A stretch of DNA of 64,000 bases from Candidatus Moanibacter sp. (GTDB taxonomy: Bacteria > Verrucomicrobiota > Verrucomicrobiia > Opitutales > UBA2987): assembly GCA_965215885.1 (NCBI GenBank), contig CBDCEW010000103.1:146638-210637 (forward strand), written 5' to 3'. The position numbers and the translations under genes are program-made. This document shows, one piece after another, positions 1 to 10,166 of the stretch. Under the pieces are notes generated by a model. That model was not told the origin of the DNA, searched no databases, and saw nothing but the letters and a program-made list of their open reading frames with translations. How positions within the stretch are numbered: the first letter of the stretch is position 1; every line of letters begins with the position of its first letter.

Positions 1-305
1 CACAGTATCGTTATAACGCCGACCATGGCGAAGCATTGCACAAGGACTGAAAGAACGTTCTTGGTCCGCACCAGGCCCCCGTAAAACAAGGATAATCCGG
101 GAATCGTCATGAAGAGGACGAGCACCGTTGCAACGATCATCCAGGCGGTATCACCCGAATCAATGGCAGCGGCAGGCAACACTTCCTCGATCGCCATTGA
201 CTCTTCAGCTCTCAGACCGGGTGCAGCCGAAAATAGCCAACCACATAGGATAAAAATCGCGGCACGCAAATAGCGTGGCCAAGGCACCAGAACAGATGTA
301 TTCAT
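1..305 (-). CDS. amtB: Ammonium transporter AmtB, 5' part (runs off window edge)
   Basis: Manual translation from ATG at 305: signal-like N-terminus, then DSGDTAWMIVATVLVLFMTIPGLSLFYGGLVRTKNVLSVL, the canonical AmtB N-terminal motif. Confidence 0.9.
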   Translation of the reverse strand, partial: MNTSVLVPWPRYLRAAIFILCGWLFSAAPGLRAEESMAIEEVLPAAAIDSGDTAWMIVATVLVLFMTIPGLSLFYGGLVRTKNVLSVLVQCFAMVGVITIL

Positions 306-363
306 GTTAAATTCGATCTATCTCAAGAAATTGATACACAAGTATGATAGTCCTATCTCGATA

Positions 364-380
364 AGCATCCATCATGCCAA
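364..380 (-). promoter_or_regulatory. Sigma54 (-24/-12) promoter of amtB
   Basis: Minus strand TTGGCATGATGGATGCT has GG-N10-GC spacing matching TGGCAC-N5-TTGC, about 60 bp upstream of amtB. Confidence 0.7.
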
Positions 381-512
381 CGCCCCAATTAATCAAACGT
401 CTGTCTAATCTTAGACAGACACCGGTCGATCTTGCTCAGGCTAGAATTTTCCGGAGGCGATAACCGTCTCCGCTGCGTTCGCTCCCCGCCCCTTTCGCGT
501 TTTTTCGCGTGC

Positions 513-806
513 TTAGCGGGCATCCCTCTTATTTCGAGAACGAGAACGATTACGACTTTCGAACGACAAAGTTTGGGAGGATATCTTGGTGGTAGTAATT
601 CGAGGTTGAAACGACGAGGCTTACGACAAAGACACAGAACACCGAACACCCCACCACCAAAAACCTAAAACCTCTCGCAGTTTCTCCGACTCGCCGGTTC
701 CTACTCTCTTCTCCCTCCCCCTTTCGCTCTGCCGTACGGCAGAGTGTTTAGCGGGCATCCATCATATTTCGAGAACGAGAACGATTACGAATGTCGAACG
801 ACAAAG
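513..806 (+). repeat. Two 59-bp imperfect direct repeats (513-571, 748-806)
   Basis: TTAGCGGGCATCC..ATTTCGAGAACGAGAACGATTACGA..TCGAACGACAAAG present twice. Confidence 0.85.
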
Positions 807-1028
807 CCTACGACAAGGTTCGGGTCCCGCTCAGCGGGCTTGCGCCGAGGTTTACCTCAAAGGACAATTCGGCACCGGCGTCAGCCACCCAGCAACTCTT
901 CAACTCTGCCTCTCTTTGCGGCTTTGCGGCTTCTTGACAGGGCGTAGTACCGCTTGCGGGCCGAAGACCGTTGCGTGAGCCTACTCACATTTTCCATCTT
1001 CCACTTTTCAACCCTGGAACCCTTCTTT

Positions 1029-1400
1029 TCATTTCCTATACCAACTCCCGTCTTTCCCCTGCAGCCAGATTCCCTTAATCGAGCGCTTTGCAAATTGCTC
1101 AGCTCGCTGCATTCCCACCTTCTCTCTCGAGGAGTCGGCTTTCATACCAATTATGATATATATCTTCTTGCGGTCCTCATTTTCCCTTTTCAGAAGTTCG
1201 GCATGCTTCTCGCTCAGCGGAATTCTGGCTTCGAGGTAGCCTCCGCTGTTTTCTCCGATATCACCGGATAGTTTCAGCGTATCGACAACTGGGAGGCGCT
1301 CGACCATCCGCCTCATAATAATGACACCTTCATCGCCCATCAGCGATCCGGAACCCATCAGAAGCGCCACAAACAGTATTTGAGGAAAGTACCTTATCAT
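1029..1400 (-). CDS. DUF1318/YdbL-family exported protein
   Basis: Signal peptide; LKLSGDIGENSGGYLE, ENEDRKKIY and G.WLQ..DGSW motifs. Confidence 0.75.
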   Translation of the reverse strand: MIRYFPQILFVALLMGSGSLMGDEGVIIMRRMVERLPVVDTLKLSGDIGENSGGYLEARIPLSEKHAELLKRENEDRKKIYIIIGMKADSSREKVGMQRAEQFAKRSIKGIWLQGKDGSWYRK

Positions 1401-1609
1401 TCTACGTCCGTATGCTTGATCACATGAACCATTGTCTTTGCGTCGGCGTCCAAGGGTCCGAAATAGATATCCAATTCGCGCTTAATCCGAACTACCGGAT
1501 CGATAAAAGGCTTATCCTTCTTCTTTTTTAGGATACTCTTGCACCCCGCCAGCATTAACAGGCAAAGGATCAACACTGCGAAAACACCAATACTCCGAAA
1601 CGCCTTCAT
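1397..1609 (-). CDS. Small lipoprotein (YnbE-like by context)
   Basis: Lipobox LAGC; 4-bp overlap with the DUF1318 gene. Confidence 0.55.
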   Translation of the reverse strand: MKAFRSIGVFAVLILCLLMLAGCKSILKKKKDKPFIDPVVRIKRELDIYFGPLDADAKTMVHVIKHTDVE

Positions 1610-1921
1610 CTTAACTCCTCATCGGCTCAATATAATCAATCGTTGTCAAGACCAAGTTTGAAACGGCCACACTCTGCCACCTTTTCATTCTTCAGGGACA
1701 ACGCACTATCACTTAGCACCCAAATCCGAAAACTTACCCTTCTGCTCTAGCAATTTGCAACTCTTCCACTTCCTCTCTCCTAAACTTTGCGTCTTAGTCC
1801 CGGCGTGCCAGCATGAGCCTGCTCACATACATCCTCCGAATCCCGCTCAGCGGGAGTATGAGGACCCTCACTTCCTTACTATTGCCTTCCCCACCCTTTC
1901 TCTACAAAAATGCGCGACAGC

Positions 1922-3016
1922 ATGGGCAATGTCTTCGGAAAGCTATTCACTATCTCCACCTGGGGCGAGAGTCATGGCGGCGGTATCGGCGTGGTTGTCG
2001 ATGGCTGTCCGCCCGGCCTTCCCCTCGACGAAGCCGACATCCAAAAGGAGCTCGATCGCCGCCGTCCAGGTCAGAGTGATATCACCACGGCCCGCAAAGA
2101 ATCGGACGCGGTAACCATCATCTCAGGACTCTTCGAGGGAAAGACGATCGGGACACCCATTGGGATGCTCATTCCCAATACCGACGCCCGGCCTGAAGCC
2201 TACGCCGAGATGAAGGATAAATTCCGGCCCTCCCACGCAGATTTCACCTATCTGGAGAAATACGGAATTCGCAATCACGAGGGCGGTGGTCGCTCCTCCG
2301 CCCGCGAGACCGCTGGAAGGGTTGCCGCCGGCGCCATAGCCAGAAAGATTCTCAAGCGCGTTGCCGATGTCGATATTATCGCCTACACCGAGAAAATACA
2401 CACAATCGAGATGCCCCCGATCGATGCCTTTCCCAACGTCGATGAGGTCGACGCGACTCCGGTGCGATGTCCCCACCCCGAAACAGCGGAAACAATGATC
2501 GCGCGGATTAAAGAAGTGAGGAAGAGCGGCAATTCAGTCGGTGGAATCATACGTTGTCGCGCGCGCAATCTTCCCACCGGACTGGGAGAACCGGTATTCG
2601 ACCGCCTCGAAGCAGATCTGGCCAAAGCCATGCTCTCTCTCCCCGCCACCAAGGGTTTCGAAATCGGGAGCGGATTTGCCGGGACCGATCTCACCGGCGC
2701 CGAACACAACGATCCCTTCGAAAACCGAGACGGTGCCATCCGCACACAAACCAACAATTCCGGCGGCGTCCAGGGCGGCATATCCAACGGCGAGGAACTC
2801 TTCTTTCGCGTCGCCTTCAAACCCCCCGCGACCATCCTGCAAAAGCAGAAAACAGTCACCATCCATGGCGAGGAAACCGAACTCATCGGCCGCGGCCGTC
2901 ACGATCCATGCGTCGTCCCTCGCGCCGTCCCCATCGTCGAAGCGATGACTGCCCTCGTTCTTGTCGACCACTGGATGCGCCACCACGCCCAAAATAAAAC
3001 CTTCCGATTCGACTAG
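1922..3016 (+). CDS. aroC: Chorismate synthase
   Basis: GESHG, RPSHAD, RSSARET and RGRHDPCV motifs; likely start at ATG 1922. Confidence 0.97.
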   Translation: MGNVFGKLFTISTWGESHGGGIGVVVDGCPPGLPLDEADIQKELDRRRPGQSDITTARKESDAVTIISGLFEGKTIGTPIGMLIPNTDARPEAYAEMKDKFRPSHADFTYLEKYGIRNHEGGGRSSARETAGRVAAGAIARKILKRVADVDIIAYTEKIHTIEMPPIDAFPNVDEVDATPVRCPHPETAETMIARIKEVRKSGNSVGGIIRCRARNLPTGLGEPVFDRLEADLAKAMLSLPATKGFEIGSGFAGTDLTGAEHNDPFENRDGAIRTQTNNSGGVQGGISNGEELFFRVAFKPPATILQKQKTVTIHGEETELIGRGRHDPCVVPRAVPIVEAMTALVLVDHWMRHHAQNKTFRFD

Positions 3017-3144
3017 TACAAAACCCAGAAGCGGGACACAGAGGTGCACAGAGAAGCACGGAGCCGCACAGAGATGACGGCGACTTCGCATTAACCGTTG
3101 CATCGATACCAATAGCTCATAAAAGTGCGATATTGCCTGACGGG

Positions 3145-3326
3145 TAGAAAGTTGGGGGGAGTCGACTTCGCCTCGCGCGGAGCGCGGTGCAAACGGTCAA
3201 GGAAGCATTTACGAGAGCGTTTTCATGGGGGTAATAGTCAGTGTGCGCTCTTGCAAATGCTTCCTTGCCCGTTTGCCACTCTGCCGCATTGCAGAGCAGG
3301 CGAAGTCGACTCCCCCAAACTTTCTA
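3145..3326 (+). repeat. 182-bp structured palindromic element, family A copy 1 (four-way junction), inside CACAGAG/CTCTGTG inverted flanks (~3038-3380)
   Basis: 29-bp terminal inverted arms, ~30-bp inner stem and two side hairpins; homologous copy at 58810-58991. Confidence 0.85.
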
Positions 3327-3522
3327 TATCTCCAAATTGCATTCTCGGTGGTGCTCTGTGCTTCTCTGTGGCGCTCTGTGACCCCCGATTTAGCTATGAC
3401 TTAACCGTCTGTTCCTACCTTACTTACATAACATTTCTACGCAAATCGGTATTGGATAAGACTCTAATCAACGCCGAGAGTTCATTCACTGAACACTGAA
3501 CTCTGCTCACTTTCGCTCTCCC

Positions 3523-4015
3523 ATGCCCTCTTCCTACATCATCCTCGGTGCAACCGGCTCCGGGCGCCGCGAAGTTCTCTGCGACCTCATTCGCTCCACA
3601 AGAGCCGATCGGACGGGCGTGAATGCCATCTACATCTCGGAAGACGAGCGGTCCTCGCCACACGAGGAAGCCCTCCGCGCCCTCGACAATACGACCCTTC
3701 TCTTCTGGCGATTTCAGGGGGATGCAGAAATCGTCTCGGATTCAATTCCCAACGGTACTGACATCGCATTCTTTGTCTTCGACGGACTCCGCAGCCCCGT
3801 CGACCAGATAGAGGCGCTCAAGCCCCGGTTGGAACGAAACAATCTTTCATTGGCGCGCATCCTTTCCGTTGTCCACTGCCGACTCGCCTTCGAAAATCCA
3901 GCCCTTGCGAAGTGGTACGAGGCCTGCATCCACTTCTCCGACTATGTTCTTCTGAATAGGCGAACCGGCGTGCCCAACCGCTGGATGAGGGAATTCCAGG
4001 ACTATTATAAAAAAC
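3523..4015 (+). pseudogene. CobW/G3E-like P-loop protein truncated by ISL3
   Basis: ILGATGSGR P-loop-like and FSDYVLLNR motifs; frame runs into the IS end at 4016 and no continuation follows the IS. Confidence 0.6.
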
Positions 4016-5498
4016 GGGTCTACAGCAGAATCTGTGGGTGGGTAACGTCGCTTACAAGAGGAAATAGAGTCGGTGAGCACAAGGAGAAGTCAGGGCGCTG
4101 CCCTGAATCCCGCTCCTCCACAGCCGGAGGGGCTGGTCGGTGTTTTCTTTGCATATGGGATTGAAAGGTTGAAGCACCGGGCCGTTCCGAGGATGAAAGT
4201 AGTACCGAAAATACATCCTGAACACGGAGGACCCAGTGCTCATCAAAACGCTACTGAATCGGTGCTATTGGCTCAAGAGCTTTGTTTACGCAAAGGCGAG
4301 TATGGAAATGGTGAAATCGGAGGAGGCGATTGTGGTGCAGATTGAGCCGCGCAAGAATAGTCGGGTGTGCTGTTCGGGGTGTGGCCGGACGGCCAGCGGC
4401 TACGACCACATGAGCGAGGCGAGGCATTTTGAATTTGTGCCCTTGTGGGGGATGAAGGTGTATTTTCGTTACCGCATGCGGCGGGTCAATTGCCGGCGGT
4501 GCGGGGTGAAGGTCGAAGAGGTGCCCTGGGCCAAGGGCAAGAGTCATCTGAGTTGGCCAATGCAATGGTTTCTGGCCCAGTGGGCGAGGCGCTTGAGCTG
4601 GGAAGAGACGGCAAGGGTTTTTCGCACGAACTGGCGCAACGTCTTCGAGTCGGTCGAGGCGATGGTGCGGTGGGGGCTCAAACGGCGCGATATGAGCGGG
4701 ATTGAGGCGATCGGAGTCGATGAGGTGCAGTATCATCGAGGCCATCACTATCTCACCGTGGTCTACCAGCTTGACGAGGGGCGGCGGCGGCTATTGGGCG
4801 TATTCAATAAGCGCAACGTAAAATCGCTCTTGCGTTTTTTCTGGGAATTGGGAGCGCAAAAGAGCAGCCAGATCCTCTACGTCTGCTCGGATCTGTGGAA
4901 GCCTTACCTCAAAGTGATCAAGAAAAAGGCACCCCAGGCGCTGCACATCCTCGATCGCTTCCACTTGGTAGCCAACCTGAACAAGGCCCTCAATGAGATT
5001 CGTGCTGCGGAAGCCAGGCGATTGCAACGGGACGGCTACATCAACGTGCTGGTCAAAAGCAAATACTGTTTCTTGAAAAATCCGCAAAATCTCACCCCCA
5101 CCCAACAGATCCGCCTCAAGGAGGTGCTCCAATACGATCTGAAGAGCGTGCGGGCCTATCTACTAAAGGAGAGCTTTCAGCTCTTGTGGCATTATAAAAG
5201 CCCCTACTGGGCCCAATGGTATCTGAAAAAATGGTGCACGCGCGCCATGCGTTCGCGCCTCAAACCGATCAAAAGGTTCGTGCGCTCGGTGCGCAAACAC
5301 GAGCCGCTCATCCTCAACTGGTTTCGGGCCAAAAAGGCCTTTTCCTGCGGCATTGTGGAGGGCTTTAACCGCAATATAAATCTCACTATCAGAAAAGCAT
5401 ACGGCTTTAAGAGCTTCGAAGTGCTTAAGATCGCCCTATTTCATACCATGGGCGACTTGCCTGAACCCGAAATAACCCACAGATTCTGCTGACGAGGC
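4016..5498 (+). mobile_element. ISL3-family insertion sequence, copy 1 (1483 bp, no target duplication)
   Basis: Imperfect terminal IRs GGGTCTACAGCAGAATCTGTGGGT / ACCCACAGATTCTGCTGACGAGGC; near-identical to 22103-23585. Confidence 0.95.
4236..5492 (+). CDS. ISL3-family transposase
   Basis: Zinc-finger CxxC pairs; GVDE, CSDLWKPY, LDRFH, VEGFN and RKAYGF motifs. Confidence 0.95.
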   Translation: MLIKTLLNRCYWLKSFVYAKASMEMVKSEEAIVVQIEPRKNSRVCCSGCGRTASGYDHMSEARHFEFVPLWGMKVYFRYRMRRVNCRRCGVKVEEVPWAKGKSHLSWPMQWFLAQWARRLSWEETARVFRTNWRNVFESVEAMVRWGLKRRDMSGIEAIGVDEVQYHRGHHYLTVVYQLDEGRRRLLGVFNKRNVKSLLRFFWELGAQKSSQILYVCSDLWKPYLKVIKKKAPQALHILDRFHLVANLNKALNEIRAAEARRLQRDGYINVLVKSKYCFLKNPQNLTPTQQIRLKEVLQYDLKSVRAYLLKESFQLLWHYKSPYWAQWYLKKWCTRAMRSRLKPIKRFVRSVRKHEPLILNWFRAKKAFSCGIVEGFNRNINLTIRKAYGFKSFEVLKIALFHTMGDLPEPEITHRFC

Positions 5499-5812
5499 TT
5501 AATTTTCAATAAAATAGAAATAACGAATTCTCTTATCGAGTCGCACAAAAAGAATTCCCGGCTGCAGGCGAAATTTTTTTCGCGCCTGCAGCATCTCACC
5601 TACTATACTGATTCTTTTCAAGAAGTGTCGCCTACGGCGATCCAGACAATTCGATCTAAGCTTGCGACCTTTCCCACGGCCCGGTGTTTTCAAGAAAAAC
5701 GACAACGAAGCGGAAAACCAGCCACTTCCCAAAGTCATGCCCTTTTCCTCCCGCTTCGTGCGATCACGGCCGAAACTTGAAGATCAAATAGGCGCTCAAC
5801 GGCTATCCACAG

Positions 5813-8800
5813 GTGCTCAAACACACTAAAGAGATATCACTAGGCGTGCGGCAACGCTCGCTTCTCATAATCGCAGGTGTGGTAGTGATGGGAGTCTCTT
5901 CGTTCTATCTAACCTCCTCCTATGAAAAGCGATCACTCGCACCTCGGCACGCAAGCGACGGGAAAGAAGTGGCGAGTGCTGATCGTTCGATAGTTTCCGC
6001 AAGTCCCTCTCCACAAATATCTCCAGCTGTTTCGAAGGTAGAATCGACTGAGCGGGAAATCGAATCCGTCCGAGCTCCGATTCCAATAAGGGATCGCACG
6101 GAAGGCGCTGAGGTATTCGAAGTTGTGGAAGAGAGTCCGGGAACCGGTCTCATGAGTCGCATCCGCATTCTCCGACTGGAAGAGAATAGCCCCCTCATTC
6201 GCGTTGAAGAGCAGCTTACCACCGTCGGAAAGGGAGAGTGGATTCTGATCAGCCAGGAGGCGATGCGAGCCGATCAGATCCTGGCATTACCTTCCACCGA
6301 CGAGGCGCATGAGAGACTGGAAATACTCGCAGAGCAGGAGGGCTACACACTGGTCAAAAACTCTCCGCACTCCTCGATTCTCAGGGTTCTTCTTCCGGAT
6401 GCCGGACTTGACGCAGTGCCGGAAAGTATCCAACAACTCGGTTCACTGGCGGCGAAAGAGATATTGGTCGAGCCGGACTTCGTATATTTTCCGAACGCAC
6501 AACCGAACGATCCCGATGCCATAAAACAATGGGCCCTGGAGAGAATCGAGGCAGAAGACGCATGGGCGATATCAACCGGCTCGAAGGAAATCGTAGTCGC
6601 CGTGATCGACTCTGGAATCGACCTCGATCATGCCGATCTGATCGGGAATCTATGGAGAAATCCCTTAGAAATTGATAACAACCAAGACGACGACGGCAAC
6701 GATTACGTCGACGACATCAATGGATGGGATTTTGTGGATAACGATAACAGTCCCGACGACGGTGACGGCCACGGCACTCATGTCTCTGGGATAATCGGAG
6801 CCAGAGGGGACAACGGAACCGGTATCGCCGGGGTAAACTGGAAAATCAGTCTGCTGCCGCTCAAGACGGGTAGCCGTACATTTTCCACTTCTCGGAATGT
6901 CGCGGCAATGGACTACGTGCTCTCAATCAAGGAACAGGGCGTTCCAGTCGTCGCCACGAACAACTCCTATGGCTCCCTCTCCTTCAGCACTTTCATGAGG
7001 AACGCGATAAACCGGCATCGGGATGCCGGGATAATATTCGTAGGGGCAGCCGGAAATGAGAGTCGGGATAACGACGAGTCTCCCAGCTATCCGGCCAGTT
7101 ACGAAATTGAAAACGTTATTTCTGTTGCGTCAACAACCGGTGCCGACAATCTCTCCTCCTTTTCAAATTTTGGATCCACGAGTGTTCATCTTGGGGCTCC
7201 GGGATCCAAGATCTACTCGTCTATCAATAGTTCCTCATACGGTTACAAGGACGGTACATCGATGGCTACTCCACAAGTGGTCGGAGCAGTAGCTCTGGTC
7301 ACTGCGGCGGATCCTTCTCTTAGCTGGCGTGAGGTGAAGGATCTTATACTGACAACGATAGATCTTGTTCCGGATCTTGAAGGAAAGACCTCCACGGGCG
7401 GTCGCCTGAATCTCCGAAGCGCCGTGGAAGGTGCAGTCGGGATCAGGAGGCCGGAACTGCGCATTGTTTCACCGAAAGCACCCGCAGTGAGCCTCGTCGC
7501 TCCGGGTCTGTCCCTCTATTTGGCAGCGGCTCTGGAAATCGACGGAGAATCGGTCCTCTCTCAGAGGGGCACCTTTCAGTGGTCATCCATTCCCGAGAGC
7601 AACAACGTCGTGTTTGAAAATCCTCGCTCGCGCGAAACGGTTGCGAGGTTTAACGTGGCCGGTAGCTATCGCGTCCAGGCGAGTTATGCGGATGGCGCCT
7701 ACCGGAGGACCAGGGAACTCTACGTGACCGTTGAGGAGGAGGAGATTCTCACTTCCGACTTGAGCGCCTGGTGGAAATTCGATGAATCCAGTGGTCAATC
7801 CGCCTCTGATTCCTCCAGCTCTCAACGCCACGGAGAAGTAGAAGGCGCTACCTGGGTAGATGGTCGCATCGACGGCGCTCTCCGCTTTAACGGCACGGAC
7901 CAAAGTGTATCCTTTCCCGCTCCAACCCTCAACCGGTTTACTCTCAGTGCCTGGTTCAAAACAGACAGTGCAGGAAACAGCGTCTTCCCACGCATCTTTA
8001 ACTTGCCCGATTTCCTCCTCTACCTCGGCCGCAGAGACAATGACTACGAACCCGATCAGAAGACTGTCAAATTTTTCGCCAACAGGACCCGAAGCGATGG
8101 CGTTTGGAATTCCGCAAAAAATGTTGTGGAAGACACTCGGTGGTTTCACGTAGCGGCCTCCTTTGGCGCGGGAGACGGCGACGCGACGCCCGCACTTTAC
8201 ATCGATGGTGTCCCCCTAACGGTCGGGCCTCAGAGCGTACCCTCCGGAAGCCGGGCAACGGACGGAGAGACCGGCTACATTGGAGACGATGGAGAGGACA
8301 CCCGAGCTTTTGATGGCATTGTCGACGACATGAGAATCTACAATCGGATACTGGCAGCCTCGGAAGTCGCCGCCCTGGCGGAAGGACCTGATTTAGGCAC
8401 GGCACCGTGGATAAAGGCGGGCGGAAGTCGATCCACTGCCGCCGGAGAACTGGTAAACCTCTCTGTTGAAGTGGAAGATCCGGACACGTCAATTCAACTC
8501 TTGACCTTTGAGTGGGAAACCGTGGACGGTCCCGCAACGGTCGAATTCAGCGACCCCACTCTGCTTAACACTCAGGCAAGATTTCCGGTTACCGGGCAGT
8601 ACCGATTACGCCTTTTCGCCGATGATGATAACGCCCGTAGCGTAGAAGATCTGCTTGTTTCCGTGGAGGACACCACGATTCGGGATACAGGCGACGATTC
8701 CGGGAACGATCAATCCCCGGAAGATCACGTTGCCAACACTATTTGGCCCTCGGCGGTCGATCTCGGCAACGGCTGGAAGTCCGCGGAGTGGTTTGGCAGT

Positions 8801-9043
8801 TTTAGACTTTCCGACGATCCATGGATATTCCATAACGAACACGGTTGGCTCTACATTGAAAATGGCGGAAACAGCGGTATCTGGCTATTCAGCGAGGAAC
8901 TGGGTTGGCTCTACACGAGCAAATCCTTCTATCCAAACTTGTATTGGTACGCAGAAAATACGTGGCTCTGGTATCAACGCGGTTCAACTGCGCCGAGGAT
9001 ATTTTTCAATTTCAGAACCGAGCAGTTTGAGAGCTACGACTAA
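5813..9043 (+). CDS. Secreted/membrane-anchored S8 subtilisin-like protease with Ig/PKD-like and LamG domains and a Trp-rich C-terminal repeat
   Basis: Catalytic triad VAVIDSG / HGTHVSG / GTSMATP; LamG motifs WWKFDE...DDMRIYNR; C-terminal W..S.WFG..WIFH.EHGWLY. Confidence 0.9.
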   Translation: MLKHTKEISLGVRQRSLLIIAGVVVMGVSSFYLTSSYEKRSLAPRHASDGKEVASADRSIVSASPSPQISPAVSKVESTEREIESVRAPIPIRDRTEGAEVFEVVEESPGTGLMSRIRILRLEENSPLIRVEEQLTTVGKGEWILISQEAMRADQILALPSTDEAHERLEILAEQEGYTLVKNSPHSSILRVLLPDAGLDAVPESIQQLGSLAAKEILVEPDFVYFPNAQPNDPDAIKQWALERIEAEDAWAISTGSKEIVVAVIDSGIDLDHADLIGNLWRNPLEIDNNQDDDGNDYVDDINGWDFVDNDNSPDDGDGHGTHVSGIIGARGDNGTGIAGVNWKISLLPLKTGSRTFSTSRNVAAMDYVLSIKEQGVPVVATNNSYGSLSFSTFMRNAINRHRDAGIIFVGAAGNESRDNDESPSYPASYEIENVISVASTTGADNLSSFSNFGSTSVHLGAPGSKIYSSINSSSYGYKDGTSMATPQVVGAVALVTAADPSLSWREVKDLILTTIDLVPDLEGKTSTGGRLNLRSAVEGAVGIRRPELRIVSPKAPAVSLVAPGLSLYLAAALEIDGESVLSQRGTFQWSSIPESNNVVFENPRSRETVARFNVAGSYRVQASYADGAYRRTRELYVTVEEEEILTSDLSAWWKFDESSGQSASDSSSSQRHGEVEGATWVDGRIDGALRFNGTDQSVSFPAPTLNRFTLSAWFKTDSAGNSVFPRIFNLPDFLLYLGRRDNDYEPDQKTVKFFANRTRSDGVWNSAKNVVEDTRWFHVAASFGAGDGDATPALYIDGVPLTVGPQSVPSGSRATDGETGYIGDDGEDTRAFDGIVDDMRIYNRILAASEVAALAEGPDLGTAPWIKAGGSRSTAAGELVNLSVEVEDPDTSIQLLTFEWETVDGPATVEFSDPTLLNTQARFPVTGQYRLRLFADDDNARSVEDLLVSVEDTTIRDTGDDSGNDQSPEDHVANTIWPSAVDLGNGWKSAEWFGSFRLSDDPWIFHNEHGWLYIENGGNSGIWLFSEELGWLYTSKSFYPNLYWYAENTWLWYQRGSTAPRIFFNFRTEQFESYD

Positions 9044-9193
9044 GATAGCCTTCGGCCGCCATGACAGCCCGCAGAAAGCGTTTTTGATCGCTTCTACGAA
9101 GCCCGAAATCCTACCGGATTCCGCTACGAGATAATCCGAGTAATTGTGGCTGCAAAAAAGCGAACACTAGTCCAACATCCATGAGATAGTTTC

Positions 9194-9847
9194 ATGAAGG
9201 AAATCCTCCCAAATCTTTACCACTGGCAAGTGATCTGGCCGAAGCTCTGGTCGCTGGAGAGTTACCTCCTGAAGACAGATACGGGGTGCGTTGTCATTGA
9301 TCCGATCGAGTGCATCGGTCTCGGTCCCATCGAAGAAGCGACGGATGTGAGAGCGATCATCGTGACCTCCGGTTGGCACGAGCGGTCCAGTCGACTGTTT
9401 GGAAAGCGGACGGGAACTCCGATATTCGTGCCAGAACGCGATCTCTGCATGTTCGAGGATCTCGGCGCACATGAAACATACGACGACGGTGACATTCTCC
9501 CATGCGGCATTCGAGCCATCGGAGTCCCCGGACTCACTCGCGGTGAGCAAGCACTCTATTCTGAGACCAACGGAGGCACCATATTCACGGCCGATTGCCT
9601 CGGCTCCACAGACAAATGGGCGCCAAACGGTATTCCCTTGGGCGGACATCCGAATGGTCATCCATGCCCGGCGGAGACATTGTCTCATCTCCTCGATTTC
9701 GATTTCGTCAATCTGTGCCCTGGTCACGGCGATCCCCTTCTGGGCGATGGGAAAGAGAAATTAATCGAGTTGCTTGACTCTGGTGTTTCGACATCCACCG
9801 GTCCGGCCCGCGTTAGTTATTTTCCGCTTCGCACTACCGGCACTTAA
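9194..9847 (+). CDS. Metallo-beta-lactamase-fold protein
   Basis: VVIDP, degenerate HxxxH region, FTAD and LCPGHG motifs. Confidence 0.65.
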   Translation: MKEILPNLYHWQVIWPKLWSLESYLLKTDTGCVVIDPIECIGLGPIEEATDVRAIIVTSGWHERSSRLFGKRTGTPIFVPERDLCMFEDLGAHETYDDGDILPCGIRAIGVPGLTRGEQALYSETNGGTIFTADCLGSTDKWAPNGIPLGGHPNGHPCPAETLSHLLDFDFVNLCPGHGDPLLGDGKEKLIELLDSGVSTSTGPARVSYFPLRTTGT

Positions 9848-9915
9848 CCTCGAAACTCACTGCTGATGCGGATTTCCGGGCGGAATATGGCAGGGCATTT
9901 CGGTCGCAACATCAT

Positions 9916-9980
9916 CGAAAAGCTCCCGCTTTCCGCTACGGCCCCGACCGCAAGCTGTAGCGGAAAGCGGAAGCTTTTCG
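9916..9980. repeat. GTAG-REP doublet, family 2 (further doublet 16787-16851, single copy 9104-9127)
   Basis: CGAAAAGCTCCCGCTTTCCGCTAC-17 nt-GTAGCGGAAAGCGGAAGCTTTTCG. Confidence 0.8.
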
Positions 9981-9984
9981 TCTA

Positions 9985-10166
9985 CTAGCCCGGACATTTC
10001 ACACACTTCGCAGCGAGACAGCGTAGATCGCTGCGTATCAGAGCCTTTCCGCAAGTCGGCGGGCGACAGTGTGTTGGAACCCTCTGAGGTCGCCGAGCAA
10101 GGGAAGGGGTTGAGACGCAGTGATATCCGCGGTCGTAGCAGAAGGTTTGTGAAATTTTCGGGCTAG
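9985..10166 (-). mobile_element. 182-bp MITE-like hairpin element, family B copy 1 (CTAG ends)
   Basis: Terminal IRs CTAGCCCGGACATTTCACA / TGTGAAATTTTCGGGCTAG; copies at 48398-48579 and 52565-52746. Confidence 0.85.

Noticed and set aside
513..806. Possible CRISPR array from the 59-bp direct repeats or the REP series
   Set aside because: Only two units 235 bp apart, no regular repeat-spacer periodicity and no cas genes in the window.
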